A DNA stretch of 29,685 nt from positions 1-29,685 of the IMG/VR virus record IMGVR_UViG_3300017780_003306; one strand, given 5' to 3'. The notes below the pieces were generated by a model. It saw nothing but the letters and a program-made list of their open reading frames with translations. It had not been told where the DNA came from and did no database searches. Shown here in pieces: positions 6,672-15,937 of the stretch; position 1 is the first letter of the stretch; every line of letters begins with the position of its first letter. A program made the translations under genes and the position numbers. The DNA is from a virus. Lineage: Duplodnaviria; Caudoviricetes.

Positions 6672-6997
6672 TGCTAGTATCAGACGACGATATGCATGAC
6701 GTGTTGGCGGTCCTTGGTGATGAATCAGGGGCCGCGCATCGCGCCGCGCATGAGTATCTGGACGCTTTGACCAAAACGGTTCTTGCCGAATTGATGGGCG
6801 AGAGCGATGCAAAATCAGCTACGGAGCGAGAGCAATGGGCGAGGGCGCAGAGACGGTTTAAGGAGCATCTGGCGAAGGTCGGAGCGCAGGCGAAGGCGGA
6901 TTACACATCCCGCCAACGCTACGCAGCAGCCAACGCGAAGATGGAAGTGTGGCGGACACAGAACGCCAACAATCGGGCGGCGGAACGTCTCCGCTAG
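6671..6997 (+). CDS. Hypothetical helical protein, possibly a UvsY-like recombination accessory
   Basis: KSATEREQWAR...MEVWRTQNANNR; position after ERF and SSB. Function is inferred only. Confidence 0.6.
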   Translation: MLVSDDDMHDVLAVLGDESGAAHRAAHEYLDALTKTVLAELMGESDAKSATEREQWARAQRRFKEHLAKVGAQAKADYTSRQRYAAANAKMEVWRTQNANNRAAERLR

Positions 6998-7010
6998 AAA
7001 CCTGGACCCC

Positions 7011-7208
7011 ATGGACAGTGAGAAAGCAAAACTACACCCGATGACGCGGTTCGAAAAAGCAGACAGGTTGGCGGCGGTGATATTCCGCAGATTGCCCGGC
7101 ACAACATCCCGCCAAGCCCAGACAGCGCACCGCACAGCCAAAGAGATAGCGGCTGACGTATTAGACGAACTTGAACGGATTGAACGCGTGGAAAAATCAT
7201 GTTCATAA
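7011..7208 (+). CDS. Hypothetical protein (start 7011 or 7041)
   Basis: The 3' part of ORF 6807..7208 fills the gap between neighbours. Confidence 0.55.
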   Translation: MDSEKAKLHPMTRFEKADRLAAVIFRRLPGTTSRQAQTAHRTAKEIAADVLDELERIERVEKSCS

Positions 7209-7768
7209 TCGGCTCGTTTGACCGCTTTTTTCACGGCTACATCCGCAAGGAATACACGCGCGACCTTGAAGACGGACACGGGCAGTATCTCCCGTGCGTT
7301 ATTCACGGCCTGAGAGTGGTGCAAGGCAAGTCGCTAGAGTTCCAATGCGTCCTGACCGAGTATGGCGCCGGGGCTGGGTTCCTCGCTCCCATTGAGGCTT
7401 TTTGCTGGAAGATACCCGACAAACCCCGCGCTCCGAATGAGGCGGTGGATTACACATACGTCCAGCCGTGGGACTGTTTCTCAAGTGAGTTTGGCGTTCA
7501 CGCGTTTGAGTTCAATCGCCGCATGAAGGCGCAGATTCTGCCGGATCGACGCGGTGCCAGGTATCGGTTCTCTATCGACTTCACCGGCTCATCGCTGGCC
7601 GACATGAGCGAGCAACACAAGCACCTGCACGTTATGGAGATGGATGACGGGTCGATAGGCGCGTTCCCGAACAATCGCGTCTTGTGGGTCGAGCCTGCAA
7701 TGTGGGCTAAACCGTTTGAGGACCGGCCTGATTTCCAAGCCCTGTCTGGCGAATGGATGGCGGAATAA
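7199..7768 (+). CDS. Conserved phage protein of unknown function
   Basis: Globular 189 aa with WDCFS, QHKHLH and PNNRVLW motifs. Confidence 0.75.
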   Translation: MFIIGSFDRFFHGYIRKEYTRDLEDGHGQYLPCVIHGLRVVQGKSLEFQCVLTEYGAGAGFLAPIEAFCWKIPDKPRAPNEAVDYTYVQPWDCFSSEFGVHAFEFNRRMKAQILPDRRGARYRFSIDFTGSSLADMSEQHKHLHVMEMDDGSIGAFPNNRVLWVEPAMWAKPFEDRPDFQALSGEWMAE

Positions 7769-7779
7769 CGGACGGTTCA

Positions 7780-7807
7780 TTGATTTAGGCGGTGGTTTTG
7801 CTATTGT
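7780..7807 (+). promoter_or_regulatory. Putative promoter TTGATT-N16-TATTGT
   Basis: In the intergenic gap before the polyvalent gene. Confidence 0.45.
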
Positions 7808-7838
7808 GTCCGCAGGCTAATGATGGTGACGGTTTGCG

Positions 7839-9575
7839 ATGCAATGGAACGGAGTGCAGTCTAATCCAGACCGACCCGCACCGTTGCGGTCGCTTATGGA
7901 ACTGTTGCAAAAAAAGGCAGAACCATACGTCACCGAATATGGCGAAAACCAACTGCCCGGCGCTGGCCAACTGCTGAACAGCATTTTGCGGACAGGCACG
8001 GAAATGGTGCCGGGCGTTGGTGATTTGCTTGGCGTTGAGGACTTGCAAACAGCCGCCCAAAACAACGACTGGGGTGGTATCGGCCTTGCTGCTTTGGCCG
8101 CAATCCCCGGTATTCCGGCTATCGGCAGGGGCGCAAAAGGCGACATACGCGCGACGGCTCGCGCGGTGCGTGAGGCTGCTGATGCGGTCCCAACAAATCA
8201 ACCGATGAGTGAGGCTGAGTCGGCATTGGCTCGCTATCGTGCGGCCTACCCGGAAGCCACAAACGCACGGGTTCTCAGTCCGGGCGACGAAGGCTATCCG
8301 ACGAACGCTCAATGGGATGAGGCGTCGCAAACGTATGTTGCGCCTCGCTCTGTTGAGGACCTGATGGCTCGCGCTGAAGCTATGGGCGCGAAGCTAGACA
8401 TATCTCAAGGGAACAACGGCCTAACGCTTTCACGCATTGTGGTCCCGCCGTCTGCCCGTTCGCAGGGTGTTGGTTCGCGGATCATGCGTGATGTCGAAAA
8501 CTATGCGGACAGTGCGGGCTTGCCGGTCGGCCTGACGCCTAGCGGAGACTTCGGCGGTTCGGTTCCGAGGCTGAACGAGTTTTACCGGCGGTTTGGCTTT
8601 ATGCCGAACAGGGGCCGCTCGCGGGACTTCTCGACACGCGAAACGATGTTGCGCCAGCCGCGCGAGGTTGCGCCCGTTGCGCCCGTTGAGCCGGACTACC
8701 CCATTCGCGCTTTTCACGGCTCGCCCCATTCGTTTGACCAATTTGAATTGTCGCCCCGCACAATTGGCACGGGAGAAGGGGCGCAAGCGTTTGGCCACGG
8801 GCTGTATTTTGCGGAAAACGAAGGCATCGCGCGAGGATATCGGGATGCGGCGGTAGACCCTGATAGCGTTCCGCTACAGTTTCGTGGAAAGCCGGTCAAC
8901 ACGCCGTGGAACGATGACATTCGTGAGCGGTGGGCAGATGATTTTGCAGGATTAAGCGAAGACGACGCGGACGCTTTTGAGGAACTGCTAGGCAACCTGT
9001 CGCAGGTAAATAACCTGAACGATGTAAAAAACGTCCTTGGTAACGTCAGTCCGAGAGCGAGGGCGCTATACAACAGCCGTGTGCGTAGCGATTTAGTTAA
9101 GCCTGATTTTGGACCTGGTTCTATGTATGAGGTTGGCATTAACGCCAGCCCAGACACTTTCCTTGATTGGGACAGGCCGCTTAGCGAGCAAAGCGAGGCG
9201 GTGCGACGCGGTTACGCGCAAGCCCGCGCTAGTGGCGACCCTCTAGTGGCTGATTTGTTAGGCGATTTAAGCAACCCAGCACAGTTGAATAATGCGGGAT
9301 TGTTTCCAAACAGCGGCGGCGCACAAGCTTACAATTCTTTAACGCCGGAAGCCGCTGAGGCGTCACGACGTTTGAACGAATATGGCATCAGCGGCATTCG
9401 CTACCTAGACGCAAACTCCCGAGAGGCTGGCGAGGGTTTGAGAAATTACGTCGTATTTAATGACGACCTTGTTAAAATCCTTCGGAAATATGGCATTGGC
9501 GGCTTAAGCACGACCGTTGGCGCATCTGCCTTGGCTGAAGAACTGGACCGACGCGGACAGACCCAAGAGTTCTGA
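7839..9575 (+). CDS. Polyvalent-type protein: N-terminal Gly/Ala-rich targeting-like region, GNAT domain, ADP-ribosyltransferase-like domain
   Basis: GNAT: LSRIVVPPSARSQGVG...LNEFYRRFGF. ART-like: AFHGSPHSFDQF...GTGEGAQAFGHGLYFAEN...GIRYLD...NYVVF. Confidence 0.75.
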   Translation: MQWNGVQSNPDRPAPLRSLMELLQKKAEPYVTEYGENQLPGAGQLLNSILRTGTEMVPGVGDLLGVEDLQTAAQNNDWGGIGLAALAAIPGIPAIGRGAKGDIRATARAVREAADAVPTNQPMSEAESALARYRAAYPEATNARVLSPGDEGYPTNAQWDEASQTYVAPRSVEDLMARAEAMGAKLDISQGNNGLTLSRIVVPPSARSQGVGSRIMRDVENYADSAGLPVGLTPSGDFGGSVPRLNEFYRRFGFMPNRGRSRDFSTRETMLRQPREVAPVAPVEPDYPIRAFHGSPHSFDQFELSPRTIGTGEGAQAFGHGLYFAENEGIARGYRDAAVDPDSVPLQFRGKPVNTPWNDDIRERWADDFAGLSEDDADAFEELLGNLSQVNNLNDVKNVLGNVSPRARALYNSRVRSDLVKPDFGPGSMYEVGINASPDTFLDWDRPLSEQSEAVRRGYAQARASGDPLVADLLGDLSNPAQLNNAGLFPNSGGAQAYNSLTPEAAEASRRLNEYGISGIRYLDANSREAGEGLRNYVVFNDDLVKILRKYGIGGLSTTVGASALAEELDRRGQTQEF

Positions 9576-9604
9576 TTGACGATTGGCTAAAGGCAAGGCA
9601 TTAT
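9576..9604 (+). promoter_or_regulatory. Putative promoter TTGACG-N17-CATTAT for the packaging operon
   Basis: Intergenic, about 60 nt upstream of terS. Confidence 0.55.
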
Positions 9605-9664
9605 CCACCCCGCACTAAGCCCCAGCCACGGCGTAAGGCTAGATGCAAACCAGACTGAGGACAC

Positions 9665-10051
9665 ATGGCAGGCGGTCGCCCCTCCAAATACAGCGACAAG
9701 CTGGCAGAGGAGATTTGCCGTCGTCTCGGCAAGGGTGAGCCAATGGCTCGCATTTGCGATGACGACCATATGCCAAGCTACAACACCATCTGGCGATGGG
9801 AGAACGAAAACGCTGAGTTTCGTGAGCTTTCCGCCCGCGCGAAACAGAATGGCACTCATTTCTTGGCGGATGATACGCTGCGGATTGCCGATGATGACAC
9901 CATCGACACGCAACGCGCCAAGCTGATGATTGACACGCGGCTGCGCTTGATCGGCAAGTGGAACGCCAAGGCTTACGGCGACAAGCTGCAACAGGAAGTC
10001 TCTGGCCCTGATGGCGGCGCTCTGTCGGTCACATGGCTGAAACCAGAGTAA
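9665..10051 (+). CDS. terS: Terminase small subunit (Sf6/P22-like)
   Basis: GRPSKYSDKLAEEIC...IC.DDHMPS...QRAKLMIDTR...KAYGDK; directly before terL. Confidence 0.9.
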   Translation: MAGGRPSKYSDKLAEEICRRLGKGEPMARICDDDHMPSYNTIWRWENENAEFRELSARAKQNGTHFLADDTLRIADDDTIDTQRAKLMIDTRLRLIGKWNAKAYGDKLQQEVSGPDGGALSVTWLKPE

Positions 10052-11352
10052 TCCCCTACGCCCCTCGCCGGGTGTTTCTGCCGTTCCATAACCGGACGCA
10101 ACGCTTTGCAATCGGGGTGGCGCACCGTCGCTGCGGGAAGACCGTGGCTTGCATTAACGACATGATCCGCAATGCGGTGGTGTCTGATAAGCCCCACTAT
10201 CGCGCGGCCTATCTCGCGCCCTATCTGAAGCAGGCCAAGGATGTGGCGTGGGAGTATCTGAAGCGATACAGCCAGCCGATCTGGGCCAAGCCGCCAAACG
10301 AATCAGAACTGTATGTGGAACTGATAGGCGGCAAGCGCATCAAGATTTATGGCGCTGACAACCCGGATGCCCTGCGCGGTGGTTACCTGGATGATGCCAC
10401 GCTTGACGAATACGCCGATATGTATCCCGGCATCTTCGGCTCAATCATCCGCCCGATGCTGGCTGACCGGCAGGGGACAGCTACGTTTATCGGGACACCG
10501 AAGGGGCGCAATGCGTTCTTCGACCTGTTTGAGCGGGCTAAGACCGACCCGGATTGGTTTCCGTTCTTCCTGCCTGCCAGCGAGACAGGTATCCTGCCGC
10601 AAAACGAACTGGCCGCTGCTGCAAAGGAAATGACGCCGGAGCAATACGAGCAAGAGTTTGAATGCTCGTTTGAGGCGGCCATCATCGGTGCTTACTACGG
10701 TAAGAACATGGCTGAGAGCGAGCGGGCTGGACGGATTACAGACGTTCCGCATGATCCTGCGCTGCCGGTTTATACGACGTGGGATTTGGGCATCGGCGAC
10801 AGCACCGCCATTTGGTTCTGGCAGGCGCTTGGCGCTGAGATACGGGTGATAGACTTCTACGAGGCCAGCGGCGAAAGCATTGAGCATTACGCCAAGGTGC
10901 TACAGGCCAAGCCCTACAAATATGAGGCCGATTGGGTGCCGCATGACGCAAGGGTCAGGGAACTAGGCACGGGCCGCACCAGGATTGAGACAATGCTAAC
11001 GCTGAAGCTTAAGCCCAAGCTGGTGCCTAATCACAAGGTGCTGGACGGCATTAACGCCGGGCGTGTTCTGTTGCCGCGCATCTGGTTTGACCGTGAGAAG
11101 TGCAAGGCCGGGCTTGAGTGCTTGCGCCAGTATCGTGCGGACTATGACGACAAAGCTAGGGTGTTCCGTGATGGGCCTAAGCACGATTGGACTAGCCACG
11201 CTGCCGACGCGTTCCGATACCTAGCTATGGCCTATCGTGAGATTAAGCCGGAAGCCAAAGCAGCAGACGCGCCGATCAAGGGCATCCGTGATATGACGTG
11301 GGATGACCTGTTAGCTAATCAGCCGGTGCATACGGGTTACGAACGCGCATGA
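10033..11352 (+). CDS. terL: Terminase large subunit
   Basis: Walker A HRRCGKT, Walker B region LRGGYLDDATLDEY, IGTPKG, and nuclease motifs WDLG and HDWTSHAADAFRY. Confidence 0.95.
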   Translation: MAETRVIPYAPRRVFLPFHNRTQRFAIGVAHRRCGKTVACINDMIRNAVVSDKPHYRAAYLAPYLKQAKDVAWEYLKRYSQPIWAKPPNESELYVELIGGKRIKIYGADNPDALRGGYLDDATLDEYADMYPGIFGSIIRPMLADRQGTATFIGTPKGRNAFFDLFERAKTDPDWFPFFLPASETGILPQNELAAAAKEMTPEQYEQEFECSFEAAIIGAYYGKNMAESERAGRITDVPHDPALPVYTTWDLGIGDSTAIWFWQALGAEIRVIDFYEASGESIEHYAKVLQAKPYKYEADWVPHDARVRELGTGRTRIETMLTLKLKPKLVPNHKVLDGINAGRVLLPRIWFDREKCKAGLECLRQYRADYDDKARVFRDGPKHDWTSHAADAFRYLAMAYREIKPEAKAADAPIKGIRDMTWDDLLANQPVHTGYERA

Positions 11353-11360
11353 TCGTTCTA

Positions 11361-11389
11361 TCGACAAGCGGACCCGCGCACGATATGTT
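11361..11389 (+). promoter_or_regulatory. Possible promoter TCGACA-N17-TATGTT upstream of the portal
   Basis: In the terL-portal gap; same -10 hexamer as the early promoters. Confidence 0.35.
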
Positions 11390-11412
11390 CCCCTGAACGC
11401 TTGCGAGGGGCT

Positions 11413-13497
11413 ATGCTTCCCGACGAACCCGAAAATCAAGACGGCATTGACCTTGTTACCAAATGGATTGAGCAAATCAATCTGTCGGAACAGGAATTGC
11501 AACCGTGGTGGCGGACTGGCGACATCATCGTTAGGCGCTACAAGAACGAGAACCGGGCAAGGGGCGGTGGCCGTCCGTCCGTAGGGTATGAGCGTCGGCG
11601 CTTTGCTATTCTGTGGTCTAACGTCTCGACCCTTCAGCCTGCCATCTATGCCAAACAGCCGGTGCCGATGGTGGATCGCCGCTACCGTGATGAAGACCCA
11701 GTGGGCAAGGTGGCCTCTGAGGTGCTGGAACGGGCGCTAGGGTTCAGCCTCGACCAATATGATTTCGACGGGCGCGTTAAGCTTTGCGTTCTGGACTATC
11801 TGCTGCCAGGCCGAGGCCAAGTGTGGGTGCGCTACATCCCGCACATGCGCGAGGTCAACGCGGAACAGGATTACGAACTGGGCGAAGGCGTTCAGGACGA
11901 TGACGACACCGAAGTTGGCGAGGTCGAGACGCCGGAAGCCACCGAGGAAGTGGTTTACGAAGAAGTCCAGTGCGACCATGTCTCATGGAAAGACTGGCTG
12001 ACTAACCCGGCGCGTGAATGGGCTGAGGTTCGTTGGGTAGCCCGGCGCGTCTATATGACGAGGGCAGAACTGACGGAACGCTTTGGCAAGGACATGGCCA
12101 AGAACGTTCCTATTACGACGACCTCGACCGGCACGGACACGGCCTCGGATGCCCAAAAGCAGTCCAGCCAAACGGGCGAGGTCTATGAGATTTGGGACAA
12201 GCCCACCAAGATGGCCTATTGGGTTTGCAAGGGCTACACGGGCGGGGTTCTGGACAAGCGTGAAGACCCGCTGGGGCTTACGAACTTCTTCCCATGCCCG
12301 CCTCCGCTGAATGCCACGACGGCCAATGACAGCACCATTCCGGTTGCGGATTACGTCCAGTATCAGGACCAGGCCGACGAACTGGACGAACTGACGGCCC
12401 GCATTGGCAAGCTGCAAGATGCGCTGCGGATGGTCGGTGTGTATGCCGGTGAAGCCAACCGCGAACTGCAACTAGTGTTTTCGCCGGGCAACGAAAACAA
12501 GCTAATCCCAATCGACACGTTCGACCTGTGGAAAGAGAAGGGAGGCGTTCGCGGCCTTATCGAGTGGGTTCCGGTCGATATGGTCATTCAGGTGCTGAAG
12601 GGCTGCTACGAAGCCCGCTCGCAAGTCCTGAACGACATCTACCAGATCACCGGCCTGTCGGACATCATCCGGGGCGAGAGCAATCCTAATGAGACGGCGA
12701 CGGCTCAACGGATGAAGGGCCAGTGGGGTTCGCTGCGTGTCCGTGACCGTCAACGCGACCTGCAACGGTTCTGCCGTGATGCCATACGGCTCAAGGCTGA
12801 GATTATTGCGGAGCATTTCAGCATTGATACGCTGAAGGCCATGACGAACGTGAAGCTTTTGACTGCGGCTGAGAAGGCCCAGATCGAGCAAATCATGCCG
12901 CTGATCCAGCAGGCTGAGCAGGCGGGGATGCCTATTCCGCCCGGCATGGCCCCTGATCCGGCTATGTTGGAACTGATGGCCCAGCCGACATGGGATGAGG
13001 TGCAAGCCCTTCTCCGCGATGATGCGCTGCGTTCGTTCCGCATCGACGTTGAGACTGATTCAACGGTTCAGCCAGATGAGAACGCGGCCAAACTGGCGTT
13101 CACCGAGTTCACCAGTGCTATCGTGGGCCTGATGTCAGCGGCGGCAAGCATCGTCCCGTCTGCGCCTTACACGGCTCCGCTGTTTGCTGAGGTGCTGAAG
13201 CAGGGCGCTCGCACGTTCAATGTCAGTCGGTCGATGGAAGACGTGATTGACAAGGTGTTTGAGCAGGCCGAGGCCGCACCGCCCATCCAGCCGCAAGGCC
13301 CGCCACCGCCCGATGATACGGCGTTGCAGGTCGAGCAAATGAAGTCGCAGACCGCGCAGATGCAAGCCCAGATCGAGCAACAGCGGACGCAGATGGAAGG
13401 CCAACTGGGGCAGGCTGAATTGCAACTCAAAGGCCAAGAGCTTCAGGTAAAGGCTGCGGCCATCTCCCGTGATCCGATGCCGCAAGGGTTTGCCTGA
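11413..13497 (+). CDS. Portal protein (podovirus-type, with Q-rich C-terminal coiled coil)
   Basis: About 694 aa after terL; QITGLSDIIRGESNPNETATAQ motif; GAGGGG RBS before ATG 11413. Confidence 0.88.
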   Translation: MLPDEPENQDGIDLVTKWIEQINLSEQELQPWWRTGDIIVRRYKNENRARGGGRPSVGYERRRFAILWSNVSTLQPAIYAKQPVPMVDRRYRDEDPVGKVASEVLERALGFSLDQYDFDGRVKLCVLDYLLPGRGQVWVRYIPHMREVNAEQDYELGEGVQDDDDTEVGEVETPEATEEVVYEEVQCDHVSWKDWLTNPAREWAEVRWVARRVYMTRAELTERFGKDMAKNVPITTTSTGTDTASDAQKQSSQTGEVYEIWDKPTKMAYWVCKGYTGGVLDKREDPLGLTNFFPCPPPLNATTANDSTIPVADYVQYQDQADELDELTARIGKLQDALRMVGVYAGEANRELQLVFSPGNENKLIPIDTFDLWKEKGGVRGLIEWVPVDMVIQVLKGCYEARSQVLNDIYQITGLSDIIRGESNPNETATAQRMKGQWGSLRVRDRQRDLQRFCRDAIRLKAEIIAEHFSIDTLKAMTNVKLLTAAEKAQIEQIMPLIQQAEQAGMPIPPGMAPDPAMLELMAQPTWDEVQALLRDDALRSFRIDVETDSTVQPDENAAKLAFTEFTSAIVGLMSAAASIVPSAPYTAPLFAEVLKQGARTFNVSRSMEDVIDKVFEQAEAAPPIQPQGPPPPDDTALQVEQMKSQTAQMQAQIEQQRTQMEGQLGQAELQLKGQELQVKAAAISRDPMPQGFA

Positions 13498-14582
13498 TGA
13501 CGCAACAGGGATTGAGGCAGGCCAGTGCGCGGAACCTTAGCGGTTTTGCGACGGGAACGAACTACAACGAGGACTTTTTGCGCCTGTTCGACGCGCAAGG
13601 TGTTGCGGCTGGCACGTTTGATGAGCGGCAACTGCGCTGGATCAATGCTCGCATGGGTGCGACTTTCACAAACCTGGACGAAGCCATGCAGGCTTATGCG
13701 ACAGGTCAAGGCGTTTACAACTGGTCATCGTTGGGTGCGTTAGAAGACACCGCCAACTTTACGCGCGTCATGCCGTATGGGGCGACCTATACCCGCACAG
13801 GCGTGGCAACAGGCCTGACGACGGCTGGGCTGATTACATCGTTTGCGGCAGACGCTCCGCAACGGACAGACCGTGGCTTGGCGCTTGAGCCTGCGTCAAC
13901 CAACATTGTGCCAAGGTTTGCGCCAACGGTCGCTCAACTGTCCCTCGGCCTAAATGCATCCGACACGACTGCACCGGCCTCGCCGCCTATTTCGGACCTG
14001 AACTGGATTGCGCTAAACAACACGTCGTCAATCGCGGTGGCCTATCAAACGCTGACGGTGACCGGATCAACCGCCTACTCCATCAGCGTATTGGTCGAGA
14101 CGCCAGACGGGACGCAACCCGTTGCATCCAGCACGTCAGCTACGGGCGACTTTAACTTTGTCGCTGGCGGGGTGACGGATGCCGCGCCCACGTTTGGTTA
14201 CACGCGTCTGTCCGGCAATGTGTGGCGTGTTACAGCGGCTATCGTTACGCCTGGTGTGCCGACAACGAATGACGGCATTATCAGACACAGCACACAAAAC
14301 ACGCGGGCGCTTAAGTTTGCCGGGTTCCAGCTTGTGCTTGGGGCTGTTGCTGGCAGCCCGATTGTGACGACGGGTTCCGCCGCCGCGCGAAGCCTGCCGG
14401 TGTTTACCGAGGTGGTTCCAGCGGGCCGCACCAAGGCGCTGTTGACCTACGCCGACGCCACAACGACGCTTGTGACGGGCCTGACACCGGGTGGGACGTT
14501 CGACGTTGCTACTACGGTTATTGCGGCCAGCAAAGGCCGGTTTGCGTCGTCCGAATTGGTTACGCGAGTGTGGCAAGCATGA
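13497..14582 (+). CDS. Putative head spike/fibre-like virion protein
   Basis: Thr/Ala/Gly-rich beta protein; YTRTGVAT...G....AADAPQ...GLALEPASTN resembles phage fibre/spike modules. Confidence 0.6.
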   Translation: MTQQGLRQASARNLSGFATGTNYNEDFLRLFDAQGVAAGTFDERQLRWINARMGATFTNLDEAMQAYATGQGVYNWSSLGALEDTANFTRVMPYGATYTRTGVATGLTTAGLITSFAADAPQRTDRGLALEPASTNIVPRFAPTVAQLSLGLNASDTTAPASPPISDLNWIALNNTSSIAVAYQTLTVTGSTAYSISVLVETPDGTQPVASSTSATGDFNFVAGGVTDAAPTFGYTRLSGNVWRVTAAIVTPGVPTTNDGIIRHSTQNTRALKFAGFQLVLGAVAGSPIVTTGSAAARSLPVFTEVVPAGRTKALLTYADATTTLVTGLTPGGTFDVATTVIAASKGRFASSELVTRVWQA

Positions 14583-14908
14583 GCCGGGCAACTTATCGCA
14601 AGTGCCAAGCGTGTGGAGATATACACGAATTAGCGGCATGGCCGCGTGAGTGCCTAGAGCAATTCAAGCGCAAGCGTTCTGAGTTGCCCGCGCCGTTCAT
14701 TCGCGCTGACGGCATGGACCCGATCCTAAACCACGCCAACGGCCTGATGTATGACAGCCGGTCAGCCTATGAGCGCGGCGTCAAAGATGCGGGATGCGTA
14801 ATTGTTGGCGATGACAAGCTAACGCCAAGCCCACGGCCTGTGCTGTCTGACCGTGAGCTTAAGCAGGACATCAAGACGGCTATTGATCAGGTGGAGGCCA
14901 GACTATGA
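14579..14908 (+). CDS. Hypothetical protein with N-terminal CxxC
   Basis: ATGA overlaps on both sides; CQACGDIH...C. Confidence 0.7.
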   Translation: MSRATYRKCQACGDIHELAAWPRECLEQFKRKRSELPAPFIRADGMDPILNHANGLMYDSRSAYERGVKDAGCVIVGDDKLTPSPRPVLSDRELKQDIKTAIDQVEARL

Positions 14909-15927
14909 GCGACATGGAAGACGACATCAGGGCCGCAATGGCAGAGGTTAGTGGCGCTGCGCCAGAACCTGCGCCCGTTGAGGAAATGGCTGCGCAAGAA
15001 GAGGTCATTAGCGAGGCAGAAACGCCCCACGATGACAGCGAAAAAGCAGCAGACGGGCGTGTAAGAGGCCCTGACGGCAAGTTTATTGCCAAGGCGCCAG
15101 AAATGGTGCAAGATACTCCCGACCAGCCCTCGGAGGCAGTCGCGGACCCTGCTGCAAAGCTCGCCATCCGCGCCCCGGCTTCGTGGTCACCTGCGGCTAA
15201 GGCTACGTTCGATAAACTGCCACCGGAAGTGCAACAGGCTGTTGCAAAGCGGGAACAGGAAATCGATCACGGACTGCGGCGCAAGTCTGAGGAAGTGAAG
15301 CGGTATGAACCGCTGGAACAAGTGCTTGCCCCTCGCCGCGCTCAATGGGCCGCGCAAGGGATGGATGAAGTTCACGCGGTCAAAACGCTGCTTGCAGCGC
15401 AAGACTTGCTTGAAAAGAACCCAATGCAAGGCCTTGAGTTTCTGGCCCGTTCGTATGGCGTGAATTTGAACACGGCCCAGCCGCAGGGACAGCCCTACCA
15501 GGCCCAGCCCGCGCGAGACAGCCACCCAGAGATTGCAGCCCTTAAGCAGCAACTCCAAGTCCTGCAAAGCCAAGTCCAAACGGCGCAGACCGCGCCTATC
15601 GTCAGCCAAATCGACGCCTTCCAGAACGATCCGGCCAACCTGTATTTTGAGAACGTCCGCGATGACATGGCGGTCCTCTTGCACAACGGGAAAGCATCGG
15701 ACCTGAAGGAAGCCTACGAAATGGCTTGCTGGATGAGGCCGGATATCCGCCCGTTCCTGCAAACCGCGCAGGCCCCGGCGGCTCCCGTGCAAGGCAAGGC
15801 GGCGCAGGCGCGACGGGCGGCTGTCAGTGTCACCGGGTCTCCGGGTCAAACCCGTATTCCCAAGTCCAATGGATCAATCGAGGACGACATTCGCGCAGCT
15901 TTTGAAGAAGTTGCCGGTGCGGCCTAG
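14905..15927 (+). CDS. Capsid scaffolding protein
   Basis: Acidic, low-complexity N-terminus, RGPDGKF and APASW motifs, and position immediately before the capsid gene. Confidence 0.8.
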   Translation: MSDMEDDIRAAMAEVSGAAPEPAPVEEMAAQEEVISEAETPHDDSEKAADGRVRGPDGKFIAKAPEMVQDTPDQPSEAVADPAAKLAIRAPASWSPAAKATFDKLPPEVQQAVAKREQEIDHGLRRKSEEVKRYEPLEQVLAPRRAQWAAQGMDEVHAVKTLLAAQDLLEKNPMQGLEFLARSYGVNLNTAQPQGQPYQAQPARDSHPEIAALKQQLQVLQSQVQTAQTAPIVSQIDAFQNDPANLYFENVRDDMAVLLHNGKASDLKEAYEMACWMRPDIRPFLQTAQAPAAPVQGKAAQARRAAVSVTGSPGQTRIPKSNGSIEDDIRAAFEEVAGAA

Positions 15928-15937
15928 GAGAAACTAA

